Made by a program: the position numbers and the translations under genes
The notes under the pieces: model-generated
The model's database searches: none
Seen by the model: the letters and a program-made list of their open reading frames with translations, nothing else
What the model was told of the DNA's origin: nothing
Assembly (NCBI GenBank): GCA_964371795.1
Contig: CAYJON010000002.1
Location: 1 to 50,347 of the forward strand
Source: an uncultured Akkermansia sp.
GTDB lineage: Bacteria; Verrucomicrobiota; Verrucomicrobiia; Verrucomicrobiales; Akkermansiaceae
Length of the DNA stretch: 50,347 bases
Reading direction: 5' to 3'
Shown: positions 1-9,400 of the stretch, piece after piece
How positions within the stretch are numbered: position 1 is the first letter of the stretch
Layout: each line of letters begins with the position of its first letter

Positions 1-15
1 GCTAACCATACGCTC

Positions 16-258
16 CGCGTCAGCGACGGCAGAGAAGTGTCGCGCTTCGCGCGATCCCATATAGGGGCGACAGTGTTACGGGGCAGGTTCGCCATGCAAC
101 ATATTCATAGCGGGCATGTTTTCTTTTAAGGCACTGTCGCCACCTCGCGCTACGCGCTCGGCTCTTTCCTCGGGCTCTGCCCAAACCCGCGCGGGATTGC
201 CCCCGCGAGTGCACCCAAGGCATTGAATGCCTTGGGAATCCACGTGAGCGCTGACGCG
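16..258. repeat. Structured intergenic element with nested inverted repeats (REP/MITE-like)
   Basis: IR pairs: CGCGTCAGCG 16-25 / CGCTGACGCG 249-258; GGCGACAGTG 66-75 / CACTGTCGCC 132-141; palindrome CCCGCGCGGG 186-195; CCCAAGGCATT-G-AATGCCTTGGG 214-236. No credible ORF. Confidence 0.55.
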
Positions 259-270
259 CAGGAAGACCGC

Positions 271-1176
271 TTACTGTACGGCTACGCGTTGCTCATAGGA
301 CTCAATCCGTCCCTTTCTCAGGCAACCCTGCGCCCACGATATCAATGCCGCTATGTCCGCACGTTCCTCCAATTCTGGTAGACGTAGCTCACGCTGCGCT
401 GCCAGTGTGATTCTCCGCTGCGGCAATGCCGTCAGTTGATCTCGCAGTTGTTCCGCTGGTGCTCTAAAAAGGTAGTCCGCTTCATAGTCTCCAACCTGCT
501 CGCGCAGGCTGATGCCTACTCCATGCTCCGCTGCCAATTCCCGTAGTGCAGTCTCAGCCCCTTCTTCCAGTTCTCCCCAAAGTAGTAGCTCCACAGCATG
601 CGCCCATGCTCCACAACTCAATGCGCGAAAGAGGGCGCGTCGACTCTGTTCCTCGTCTCCCGCCTCTGCTACACAGACTGCTGTCAGGCCTAGCTGTTCC
701 CATCTCTGTTCTTGGTTTTGGTCAGTTAGTAGGGTGTAGCTGCCGTCTTTTTCCCAATGCCCACGTGGCCATTGTACGGCAACAAAGTCTGGTGTCATCC
801 ATGATTCCACTTCGTCTACTGGGTAGACAAAGACGCCCGCACCAGCTGTGTCATAGCTGCGCACGCCTAGGGCTAGTGCTTGATAGTGGGGGCTGTCTTC
901 TGGTAACCCTTCGCCTGATTCAAAGAGGCGATGCAGGGAGTTGTTGGCTTCTTCGTCTGTGCGTAGGTAGTAGCCTTGCCCATTTTCCACTCGGGCGAGG
1001 CAGGAGTCCTCATCAAGGACGAGGAAGGAGAATTGTGAGCGCAGGGAGTGGTCGGAGTAGTCTTCTCCCAGTTGGGCACGCACGCGGGCAATGAGTTCTT
1101 TTCCCTTGATGGCATCCTGTGCATGGATGGGGAGTATCTCGGGGAGTATCTCTAGTAGCTTTTCTCGTAGTCGCAT
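271..1176 (-). CDS. HrgA/COG2958-like protein (N-terminal wHTH-like region plus degenerate restriction-endonuclease-like domain)
   Basis: 301 aa. WMTPDFVAV, RRALFRALSCGAWAH and LAAEHGVGI resemble recalled COG2958 motifs (WxHPD, FQAVSNSSWA, GIG). Lies 15 bp downstream of rsmA. Confidence 0.5.
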   Translation of the reverse strand: MRLREKLLEILPEILPIHAQDAIKGKELIARVRAQLGEDYSDHSLRSQFSFLVLDEDSCLARVENGQGYYLRTDEEANNSLHRLFESGEGLPEDSPHYQALALGVRSYDTAGAGVFVYPVDEVESWMTPDFVAVQWPRGHWEKDGSYTLLTDQNQEQRWEQLGLTAVCVAEAGDEEQSRRALFRALSCGAWAHAVELLLWGELEEGAETALRELAAEHGVGISLREQVGDYEADYLFRAPAEQLRDQLTALPQRRITLAAQRELRLPELEERADIAALISWAQGCLRKGRIESYEQRVAVQ

Positions 1177-1191
1177 GTGATGAGGCTGTTC

Positions 1192-2532
1192 TTAAAAGAC
1201 GCTTTTGACGGCCTGCCAGCATTCTGCAAAGCTGGGGGCAAAGTCCGCGGGGCTATGCTCTATCCAGCGGTCAATGAGGTCCATGTTAAAGGGCATGACG
1301 GCGCTGACTTCCGCAGCGGGGTAGCTGACTTTGCCTGTGTAGGCGGCTAGGAAGACGTAGATGAATTCCTGCCCATTGTCTTCATTGGGGGGGAGGGTGG
1401 TGACGGGGATGAGTTTGATATTATCGCTGATGCCTAGTTCTTCTTTTAGCTCTCGCTGGGCGGCTTCTTCTGGGCTTTCGCCTGCGTCTAGGTGTCCTGC
1501 GCAGGAGCTGCCCCATAGGCTGGGGTTGAAGTCTTTCCACGCGGAGCGTTTTTGCAGGTAGCAGTCGCGGTTTTTGTTGAAGACGATGACGTGGACAGCG
1601 CGGTGCTTGAGCCCCTGTTCATGTATGTGCTGGCGCGTGCCCTGTCCTATGACTTCGTCTTTGTCGTCTACGATGTCAAAGAGTTCATCTGGCTTTTGTG
1701 CTATGTGGGCAAGGGGGTTGGTGTCGTAGGCTGCGGTGAGTTCTGCCCACTGTCGCAGGGAGAGTTCTTCTGGGCGGGCGGTGACTGGGATGCCTACTTG
1801 GGCCGCAATTTCTTTCCAATCTCTGTGGTCGGGCATTTGCTTGTGCATCTGCTTGCGGCGTTGGGAAAAGCAGCGACGCATGAGTTGGTCCATCAGCGCG
1901 TGGCTGTAGGGCGGGAGTTCTGTTTCCTCTCTCGGGGTGAGCAGCATGACGGTGGAGTCAATGCGTGGGCGGGGAGAGAATGCCTCGGGCGGGATGGTCT
2001 TGAGGGCCTTGGGTACCCAGTCCATCTGCATGCGCAGGGAAAGTATGCCGTAGGCGTCATCCCCTGCATTTGCTAGGATGCGGTCGATGAATTCCTTTTG
2101 CAGCATGACTACGGCGCGTGTGCAGGCACAGGGCGAGTTGAGGAAGTTGCTGAGTATGGCTCCACCTGCGGAGTAGGGCAGATTGCCAATGAACTTCACG
2201 GGTCGCTCTGCAAAGAGGGGGCGCGGGTCCCAGTTAGCACCGTCGGCTTGGTGTACTTCTACGTGGGGGCATTGTTCCCAACGCTGGCGTTGGTAGTCAG
2301 CGAGACGAGCATCATACTCTACTAGTATGAGCTTGCGACACAGGGGGGCAATGTGCTCTGTCAAAGCACCTGCACCTGGGCCTACCTCCACGACGCAGTC
2401 ATGGGGCTGGATATCGAGTTGTTCAACAATCCAACGCGCCACATTCTCATCAACGAGAAAGTTTTGCCCCATGGATTTGGAGGGCGTAACAGAAAAATCT
2501 TGCAGAATATCGCGTGTGTCGGAGGCTTTCAT
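1192..2532 (-). CDS. rsmA: 16S rRNA adenine dimethyltransferase RsmA/KsgA fused to a C-terminal Nudix domain
   Basis: GQNFL, EVGPGAG, NLPY and F-P-P-IDS motifs; C-terminal Nudix box GHLDAGESPEEAAQRELKEELG. Confidence 0.95.
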   Translation of the reverse strand: MKASDTRDILQDFSVTPSKSMGQNFLVDENVARWIVEQLDIQPHDCVVEVGPGAGALTEHIAPLCRKLILVEYDARLADYQRQRWEQCPHVEVHQADGANWDPRPLFAERPVKFIGNLPYSAGGAILSNFLNSPCACTRAVVMLQKEFIDRILANAGDDAYGILSLRMQMDWVPKALKTIPPEAFSPRPRIDSTVMLLTPREETELPPYSHALMDQLMRRCFSQRRKQMHKQMPDHRDWKEIAAQVGIPVTARPEELSLRQWAELTAAYDTNPLAHIAQKPDELFDIVDDKDEVIGQGTRQHIHEQGLKHRAVHVIVFNKNRDCYLQKRSAWKDFNPSLWGSSCAGHLDAGESPEEAAQRELKEELGISDNIKLIPVTTLPPNEDNGQEFIYVFLAAYTGKVSYPAAEVSAVMPFNMDLIDRWIEHSPADFAPSFAECWQAVKSVF

Positions 2533-2541
2533 GGAATGTCC

Positions 2542-2570
2542 ATGATACTCTATTTATTCAGTTGAGTCAA
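2542..2570 (-). promoter_or_regulatory. Sigma70-like promoter of rsmA
   Basis: TTGACT-17 bp-TATCAT, 9 nt before ATG. Confidence 0.6.
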
Positions 2571-3774
2571 TTCTCTCTATAAATGATTTCTCAAAGGCAG
2601 AGCCGAGGATGTGTTTCTTATCTGGTAAAAAGGAAAAGTTCGCCGCGCGTCCACGCATCTTGAGCTTCTGCAGCTTCTTGGTCTCAAAATGGTAGCAGAA
2701 GCAATTATCATTATAATCACTAAAGGCGACATAGTCCCCAAAGGGCGATAAGACGCTATTGGTAGAAAGTCCACCGTAGTTATTGAGTTGGTGGCTCTTG
2801 CCTGTTTCTAGCGAGTGGTGAAAAAGTCCAGCATGTGTGCTGATGAGGACATGTTTTGCATCGCGAGAAAAGACAGCATCCATCACTTCCTGAGGCCATT
2901 GCTTCTCCTGCATCTTGCCTGTAGCAATCTCATAGCTGTAGCTGCTCTTGCCGCTGATGAAGTGGAGCTTTTTAGAATCCTGTGAAAAGGCGTAAATCAG
3001 TGAGCCCTTGTTGCTGATTTGCTTATTCTCGTCTCTTTCCACGTTGTGGAGGTGGATGAATTCCTCCATACCGCGCGTCTGTCCGATGAGGGAGTAGACC
3101 AGATACTTGCCATCGGAGCTGAGGCGGGGCTGGGTGGCGTAGAGTTGATCCGAAGTGGGGAAGTCCTTGTTGCTTAGGTCTGCTACATTGTAGATACGCA
3201 GGCGGTCTTTCATGGTGAGGGCAAAGCGGTTCTTATCTATCCAGCAGATTTTGTTGCCGTGCTCGCCTATGGCTAGCCTGATGTTATGGAGTACTTTTTT
3301 GCTAGCCAGTTGGTAGATCATGAACTGCGCTGTGTTTTCTAGCATGAAGATGACATGCTCCCCATCAGGGGAAAAGCTGGCACGCGCCTCGGAGGGGGAG
3401 GGGATGTACTGATGTTCTCCTGTGCGTAGGTCGAGCAGGGTGATATTTCTTGCGCTGAGATCCTTTCCTGATTGGTGACCTTGGTAGCAGGAGAGAACGG
3501 CATACCTGCTAGTGGGGTCAAAGAATATGCCAGACCTGCCTACATATTCCAAATCATAGCTTTTTCCCGTTTTCCAATCCAAGACGGATACAGTCTTGGG
3601 TGGGTAGGCGCGTTTGATACCTATTTGATAGCGTCCATCGGGGCTGACAAAGCAGAAGTCTATGGCCTCCTTTCCCGATAGAGCAAAGGGGAAGGACTGC
3701 TGCTTGGCGACAACAGGGGGGAGAGAGGTGGTCAAAAAGGAGACCGCGAGGGCAAAGCGAAAAATCCTATTCAT
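2554..3774 (-). CDS. Secreted WD40/TolB-like beta-propeller protein
   Basis: Signal peptide; repeated SPDG/SSDG/SQDS/SRDA blade motifs. Confidence 0.75.
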   Translation of the reverse strand: MNRIFRFALAVSFLTTSLPPVVAKQQSFPFALSGKEAIDFCFVSPDGRYQIGIKRAYPPKTVSVLDWKTGKSYDLEYVGRSGIFFDPTSRYAVLSCYQGHQSGKDLSARNITLLDLRTGEHQYIPSPSEARASFSPDGEHVIFMLENTAQFMIYQLASKKVLHNIRLAIGEHGNKICWIDKNRFALTMKDRLRIYNVADLSNKDFPTSDQLYATQPRLSSDGKYLVYSLIGQTRGMEEFIHLHNVERDENKQISNKGSLIYAFSQDSKKLHFISGKSSYSYEIATGKMQEKQWPQEVMDAVFSRDAKHVLISTHAGLFHHSLETGKSHQLNNYGGLSTNSVLSPFGDYVAFSDYNDNCFCYHFETKKLQKLKMRGRAANFSFLPDKKHILGSAFEKSFIERIDSTE

Positions 3775-3780
3775 GCATTA

Positions 3781-3809
3781 TTTATAGCATGAATAGGATA
3801 TGATGTAAA
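3781..3809 (-). promoter_or_regulatory. Sigma70-like promoter of the beta-propeller gene, overlapped by a 13-bp inverted repeat
   Basis: TTTACA-17 bp-TATAAA (TG-extended), 6 nt before ATG; IR at 3764-3799. Confidence 0.55.
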
Positions 3810-3829
3810 GTAATCTCTGCTTTCGTCGC

Positions 3830-5032
3830 TTAGAAAGATATGCTGTAGCCGACGGAGGCGTTGGCGTCTGTTAATTCTTCTCGTAGCTCAATGGCTGCAT
3901 CGATGAAGATGACACCTCCTTTTTCTCCCAAGGGAAGCTGGAAACCTGTACCCATCTCGATGCCAAAGTTACCTGCTTCTGTGCCCTTGATTATTGCACT
4001 ATTCCCACCTGCTTGGAACTGTACTTCTGAGGTGCTGCCCTTGTCGCCTAGGTAGGTTTTGAAGAGAATGCGACTGTGTAGGCTTGGGCTGTATTCACCA
4101 CCCCCATAGAGAATGTGGTTTTCTATGCCTATAGCGAGAGTGCCCCAATCGCTAACCTGAGAGCCTACTTCCAGTCCCGCGCCGCTGCCTGTTTCGCTAT
4201 AAGCATCGACGTTGGCGTGCTGTATGGTAAAGGACGCGAGCAGTGTCCAGTTGACATCCAGATGGTAACCTAATTCATAAAATTGAGTGGCGGAATAGGT
4301 GTTGCTGAGGGCATTTGTTTCGTAGCTGCCGCCTTCGTGGTAAATGTGGCGGGTGATGTCGGCTTCACCCCAGCCTGCGCTGATTGCAAAGCGGTGCCTC
4401 CATGCTCCACTTTCTACCTGCCCATAGATGCTCATGTAATTGGTGTCCAGAGAACCATCTGCCCTGTCCATGGCGTCAGTGCTCAGGTCACCATAGAGGG
4501 AGGTAAAGGAAACACCAAGTTGGAAGCTATCTCCAAAGGGGAAGTCAAAGCCCACGCTGCCACCCCAGTTTCTGAGGGTATGACCCATCTGGCTTCCCGC
4601 GTTGAGCATGGTGCTGGTGCTTCCTTCTGCTGCTATCCATGCACTTGTACCAGAACCGCAGCGAAGAGTCGCTGTACGTTGGCGGTTGCTTTTCATTTGT
4701 CGATCTACATCGCTCATCATGGCAGAGCCAATAGCTGTGACGCTAGAGCCCGCCATGGCGGAGGCTAGGGCGTCGGCATCTACTGTTCTATTCGTAATAA
4801 TTAGATTATTTAGTGATGCGAGTGCTTTTTCTAAATCTATAGGTTTTGCAATGCTAGTATCGTTATTGATGCTTTCTGCTAGCTTAAGACCAACACGCCC
4901 GTTTGCGGAGCTTTTGCTGCGCGCTAGCGAGAGTTGTTCCAGAGTTGGTAGTTCAAACGCGTTAAGTGTTGTATTGGGTAGCTGATGCGCGATGCAGAGA
5001 AGCAATGCGACAAGTTTTGCTTTAATTTTCAT
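3830..5032 (-). CDS. Autotransporter beta-domain protein with almost no passenger
   Basis: Likely start MKIKAKLVALL at 5032 (signal peptide), helical linker, alternating beta strands, terminal VGYSISF. Confidence 0.8.
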   Translation of the reverse strand: MKIKAKLVALLLCIAHQLPNTTLNAFELPTLEQLSLARSKSSANGRVGLKLAESINNDTSIAKPIDLEKALASLNNLIITNRTVDADALASAMAGSSVTAIGSAMMSDVDRQMKSNRQRTATLRCGSGTSAWIAAEGSTSTMLNAGSQMGHTLRNWGGSVGFDFPFGDSFQLGVSFTSLYGDLSTDAMDRADGSLDTNYMSIYGQVESGAWRHRFAISAGWGEADITRHIYHEGGSYETNALSNTYSATQFYELGYHLDVNWTLLASFTIQHANVDAYSETGSGAGLEVGSQVSDWGTLAIGIENHILYGGGEYSPSLHSRILFKTYLGDKGSTSEVQFQAGGNSAIIKGTEAGNFGIEMGTGFQLPLGEKGGVIFIDAAIELREELTDANASVGYSISF

Positions 5033-5203
5033 TGATGTTCTGAGTATATGAGAGTGAAATAGATACAGAAATGGTCTATCACGCACAAGCATGTGATAGA
5101 CACATGCTTTCTGTGGAAGAATGTTATCAAAGCAATACTGGAGTTTCAATAAAAATATATTGAAACTTCAGTAAGTTTTTGAAAATCTGTTGGTTAGTTC
5201 TTG

Positions 5204-6469
5204 TTAATTTTCTTCAAACTCTCCGTAGATGACAAGGCAGCCGTTTTCGTCCTGCCCGCAGCCAATGTAATCGGTGTAGATATCTTTTTCATTACCGAGA
5301 CCCATAGAGGCAGCTGTGATTTGGGCGTTTTTGAACAGGATGTCGGGGAAGACAACTCCCACCATTTTCTTGTCCTGCTTTGCCTGTGCCAAGACCTTGA
5401 GCAATTCTTCATTTTCTCCCCAGGTGACTAGCAGGGATAATGTGCCTTTGATCTGGGTGTTCTCAGCATTCCAATCAAAAGTTTCCAAGGAGAGGACAGG
5501 CATCACCTTCTTGCTGCCGTCAGCCAAGGTGACTTCCTTTTCCTCAATGTCCTCAATCATGAGATCCATTCCCACGCTGTCAATGGTGAGTTTTGCACCC
5601 TCTACCATGTTGAACTTTGTTGCAGGATGGAAGAAGGAACTGTCTTTGATGACGAGCTCACTGTTCGTCCAAGGCATGTCTATATCACTGGAAACCAACT
5701 GGCAGTTTTGGAGCAGGCTTGCCCCCTCGTCCAGTCGCAGTCTTGCATATTGAATATGGGCACCATTGACCTCCTTGGCGCTTAGCATTGCGCTACTATC
5801 CTCATGGGGAGAGCTGATAGTCAAGGCTGCTTTATCTTCATGAGTACCATGACCGTAAAAGGTGATATTGCCTGCGATGACTTCTGATTTTAATAAATGC
5901 ATCTCAAAGGTTTCCAATCTGGCGTCAGCCCCAATTTCGATGAAAGCACCATCACGGAGCTCAATGCAATGAAGTGAATTTTCGCCAGCACCGAGGAAGA
6001 GCTCGGAATTCTGCCCCTTGAAGTCAGCAACAGAGAGATCTCCGCCATCAATGACGCGCAACTCATTGACGTCATCGAGAATCAGTTCTGTGGCAAAGAC
6101 GGGTATGCCTATAGTCAGTGTGCCGAAGACCTTCAGAGTGCCACCGTTGATTTCCAGTGATGCCTCCTCCTTGCCTGCGGCAAAATGCCAGTGTGCGTAC
6201 TCATCCATGTAGAGTCCCTTGAGGGTGATGTCGTCGGAGACAAGGATTTTGTACGAGAAGGTGGGTCCATCAGATGGCTTGCCTAGGGTGACAGAGCTGC
6301 CATCCTTCCATTGCTTGGCCTCGCCATCAATGTTTTCCCAGACGATGTTCTCCCACTGGGGGGCGATGTCTGTGGTGTAGAGATCGGTCAGTGGATTTTC
6401 ATCCGCGTAGGAAAAAAGACTGCCGCCGAGAGATGCGAGTATTGCAAGTGCTTTGATACTATTTTTCAT
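5204..6469 (-). CDS. Secreted acidic beta-rich protein, passenger/PEP-CTERM-family-like but with no sorting tail
   Basis: Signal peptide MKNSIKALAILASLGGSLFSYA; Trp-rich N-terminal motif; C-terminal segment resembles the PEP-CTERM proteins in this window. Confidence 0.65.
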   Translation of the reverse strand: MKNSIKALAILASLGGSLFSYADENPLTDLYTTDIAPQWENIVWENIDGEAKQWKDGSSVTLGKPSDGPTFSYKILVSDDITLKGLYMDEYAHWHFAAGKEEASLEINGGTLKVFGTLTIGIPVFATELILDDVNELRVIDGGDLSVADFKGQNSELFLGAGENSLHCIELRDGAFIEIGADARLETFEMHLLKSEVIAGNITFYGHGTHEDKAALTISSPHEDSSAMLSAKEVNGAHIQYARLRLDEGASLLQNCQLVSSDIDMPWTNSELVIKDSSFFHPATKFNMVEGAKLTIDSVGMDLMIEDIEEKEVTLADGSKKVMPVLSLETFDWNAENTQIKGTLSLLVTWGENEELLKVLAQAKQDKKMVGVVFPDILFKNAQITAASMGLGNEKDIYTDYIGCGQDENGCLVIYGEFEEN

Positions 6470-6499
6470 ATGATTAGGATTTTTGGTTGGGAGATTTTT

Positions 6500-9400
6500 T
6501 TAGACGTCGATGGGGGCATCCTCATCATTATCATCACCATGGGCGAGGATGAATTGCAGGTCGTTGAGGTCGAGGCTGGAGGCAAAGCCTTCATCGCCGA
6601 GGACGTTGGTCACGAGCTGGTTTTTCTGGTGCTGGAGAACGCGGATTTTTTCTTCTACCGAGTCACGTGTGAGCAGACGGTAGGCGATAACCTTGTTCTT
6701 TTGACCGATACGGTGGGTTCGGTCAATTGCCTGACTTTCCACTGCGGGGTTCCACCATGGATCATAGAGAATGACGTAGGAGGCAGAGGTGAGGTTGAGA
6801 CCCGCACCACCCGCTTTGAGTGAAAGAAGGAAGACGCTGGGATCTTTGGTTGTTTGGAATCGCTCAATCTCGCTCTTACGATCCTTTGTCTGACCTGTGA
6901 GGTAGTTGTAGGGACGGTTTTCGGCTTCGAGGCGCGTTCTGATGATTTCCAACATGGAGACAAATTGGGAGAAGACCAGCACCTTGTGACCTGCATCGCG
7001 TAGTTGATCAAGCAGGTAGAAGAGGGCGGTGAGCTTCGCGCTTTCCTCCTTGGCGTAGCGGGCATCCACCAGTCCAGGGTGACAGCAGATCTGACGCAGG
7101 CGCATGAGGCCTTGGAGAATGGCGAAGGAATTCTTCTTCACCGATTCATCGGAATCAACACCGAGTAGTGCCTTCTGGATGCGGCGCAGCTCTGCCTTGT
7201 AGAGTTGTTGCTGCACGCTTTCCATCTTGGCGTATACTTCTTCTTCTGTACGTGGGGGGAGGTCCTTTGCCACTTGTTGTTTGGTACGGCGTAGGAGGAA
7301 GGGCTTGAGACGCGCGGCAAGGCGGTTCTGGCTGTTAAGGTCCTTGCGCTTGTCGAAGCGCTTCTTGAAGTAGGCGCGGCTACCCAGAACACCGGGCATG
7401 GCAAAGGCCATCAGTGACCACATGTCCAAGAGGCGGTTCTCAATGGGTGTACCAGAGAGGACAAGGCGGTTGGAGGAGTTGATGTCACGAGCTGCCTTGG
7501 CTGCCTTGGAATCGGGGTTCTTGATTTGCTGACCTTCGTCGAGAATGACGGTGAGCCACTTGATGGTGTTGATTTGCTCATTACAGACACGCAGCTGCGC
7601 GTAGTTGATGACCACCATGTCGTAGTCCTTTTCGATAACCTTAACATCTGCCTGATCCTTGCTGCGGATGACAAGAACGCGGATATTGGGCGCGAACTTG
7701 TTAGTCTCACTAGCCCAGACGTCCAAGACGGATTTGGGGCAGACAATGAGGACAGGAGGCGTGTTGGCAGCTTTTTTCTTGCCCTTGGCGGGCTTTTTGC
7801 GCTCAAATTCTTCTCTCAGCCAGAGCACATAGGTGATGGACTGAATGGTTTTACCCAGACCCATGTCATCCGCTAGGATACCACCGAAGCCGTTCACTGA
7901 TAGGTAGGCCAAGAAGTGGAAGCCCTCAATCTGGTAGGGGCGTAGGGTGGCTTGGAGGCTGGTGGGCACGTCAGGCTTGACATCAATGCGGATTTCGGAG
8001 GTTCTGTCCTTGATGCGCTGCCATGCTTTGGGGTCAAAGACCTCTGCGGCGCGGGGATCAGCCAGATGCAGGGCATGCATGCGGTGTGTTTCGCCAGAGA
8101 GGTCGAAGGGGTCAAGACCGAGGCGAGTGACTGCGTCACGTTGGTCGTCGTCCAGCTTGATTTCCAGTCGCATCCAGCGACCATCATCCATGCGTACGTA
8201 GCCACCACGTGCGGAGACGAGGGAGCGTATTTGCTCCTTGCTGAGGGTGACACCCTCTACGTCAATGACAATGCGCAGGTCGAACCAGTCGATTTCCTGA
8301 TTGACCACCTCAAAGCGAATCGCCGCAGCGACGGGGTCTTCGAGGAGGGAGTGGAGGTTGGAGTCCATCTCCACATCAATGGTGTCATCAAGGGTCTTTG
8401 CCCAATCTGCAAATTTTTCGGGGAACTGCTTTGTGATGCGACTCTTGAAAGACCCTACTGCATTATCGTAGGTGAAGTTCATCTCCTCAATAAGAGAGGG
8501 AATGGGGTAGAGGCGGTCGCGGATGAAGCGCAGCAAGCACTGATCCTTGACGGGCTTTTGGGAGACAAGTTGCCAGTCATCCTTTGCAAGACGCTCACTG
8601 CGGCGACCGAGGGCATCATTGGCCAAGACCTCCAGCAAGACATGCTCTGTGTCTGCACTGGTGAGACCGCGTACGATTTTCATCTTGAAGCTGGGTAGCA
8701 TCTCGATGTCCTCCACGCGCTCTTCTATACTGTTGGGCAGGGTTGCACCAATCTTGCGCAGGAACTCCACACCCTCCAAGCTGTCGATGACGGATTTGGG
8801 GATGGAGTAGCGGGGCTCTACTTCTGTGCTTTCCAACCAGCGAGGAGGACCAGGGAAGACAGTTTCGTCAGACTGGTAAAGCTCTACCAGACCGGGTAGC
8901 TGGCGGACGGAGTGGGAAACATGTATGCCTGCCGAGGTGACAAGCTGTAGACCATAGCAATCAGGCACGATGGGGTCGTCTATGCAAATCCACTTGAGGG
9001 GCTCTTTGACAACCTTGAAGTAGCATTCATCCAGATTCACCAAGTAGCCCTTGAGAGAGCTTTGGTGGAAAAGGCGGTTCATGATGCAGCAGGCTGATTC
9101 TAAATCGAGGTCGAGAATAATCTGGCTATCCTTTTGCACGTACTCATAAAGGACATTGAGCAGGATGTCGGATTGGGGATCTAGCTTTAAGGCGCCCTTC
9201 CAATACTCCTCCATGATTTCTTCTAGCTCATCACGCTCTCGCAATGGTACCCAATCCTCCTTGACATCGTAGCGGTATTCAAAATGCGCTTCGTTGATGG
9301 TGGATACCAGTCGCATGTGCAGCGGGCGACGTGGGGGCTGAGGGGGGCGTTCATTGACGCTTTGGATGCGCTCATACCATGTGCCGATTTCCTTTTCCTT

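Noticed and set aside
20..223. 67-aa minus-strand ORF
   Set aside because: Lies inside the palindromic element; Arg-rich composition is explained by GC-rich repeats
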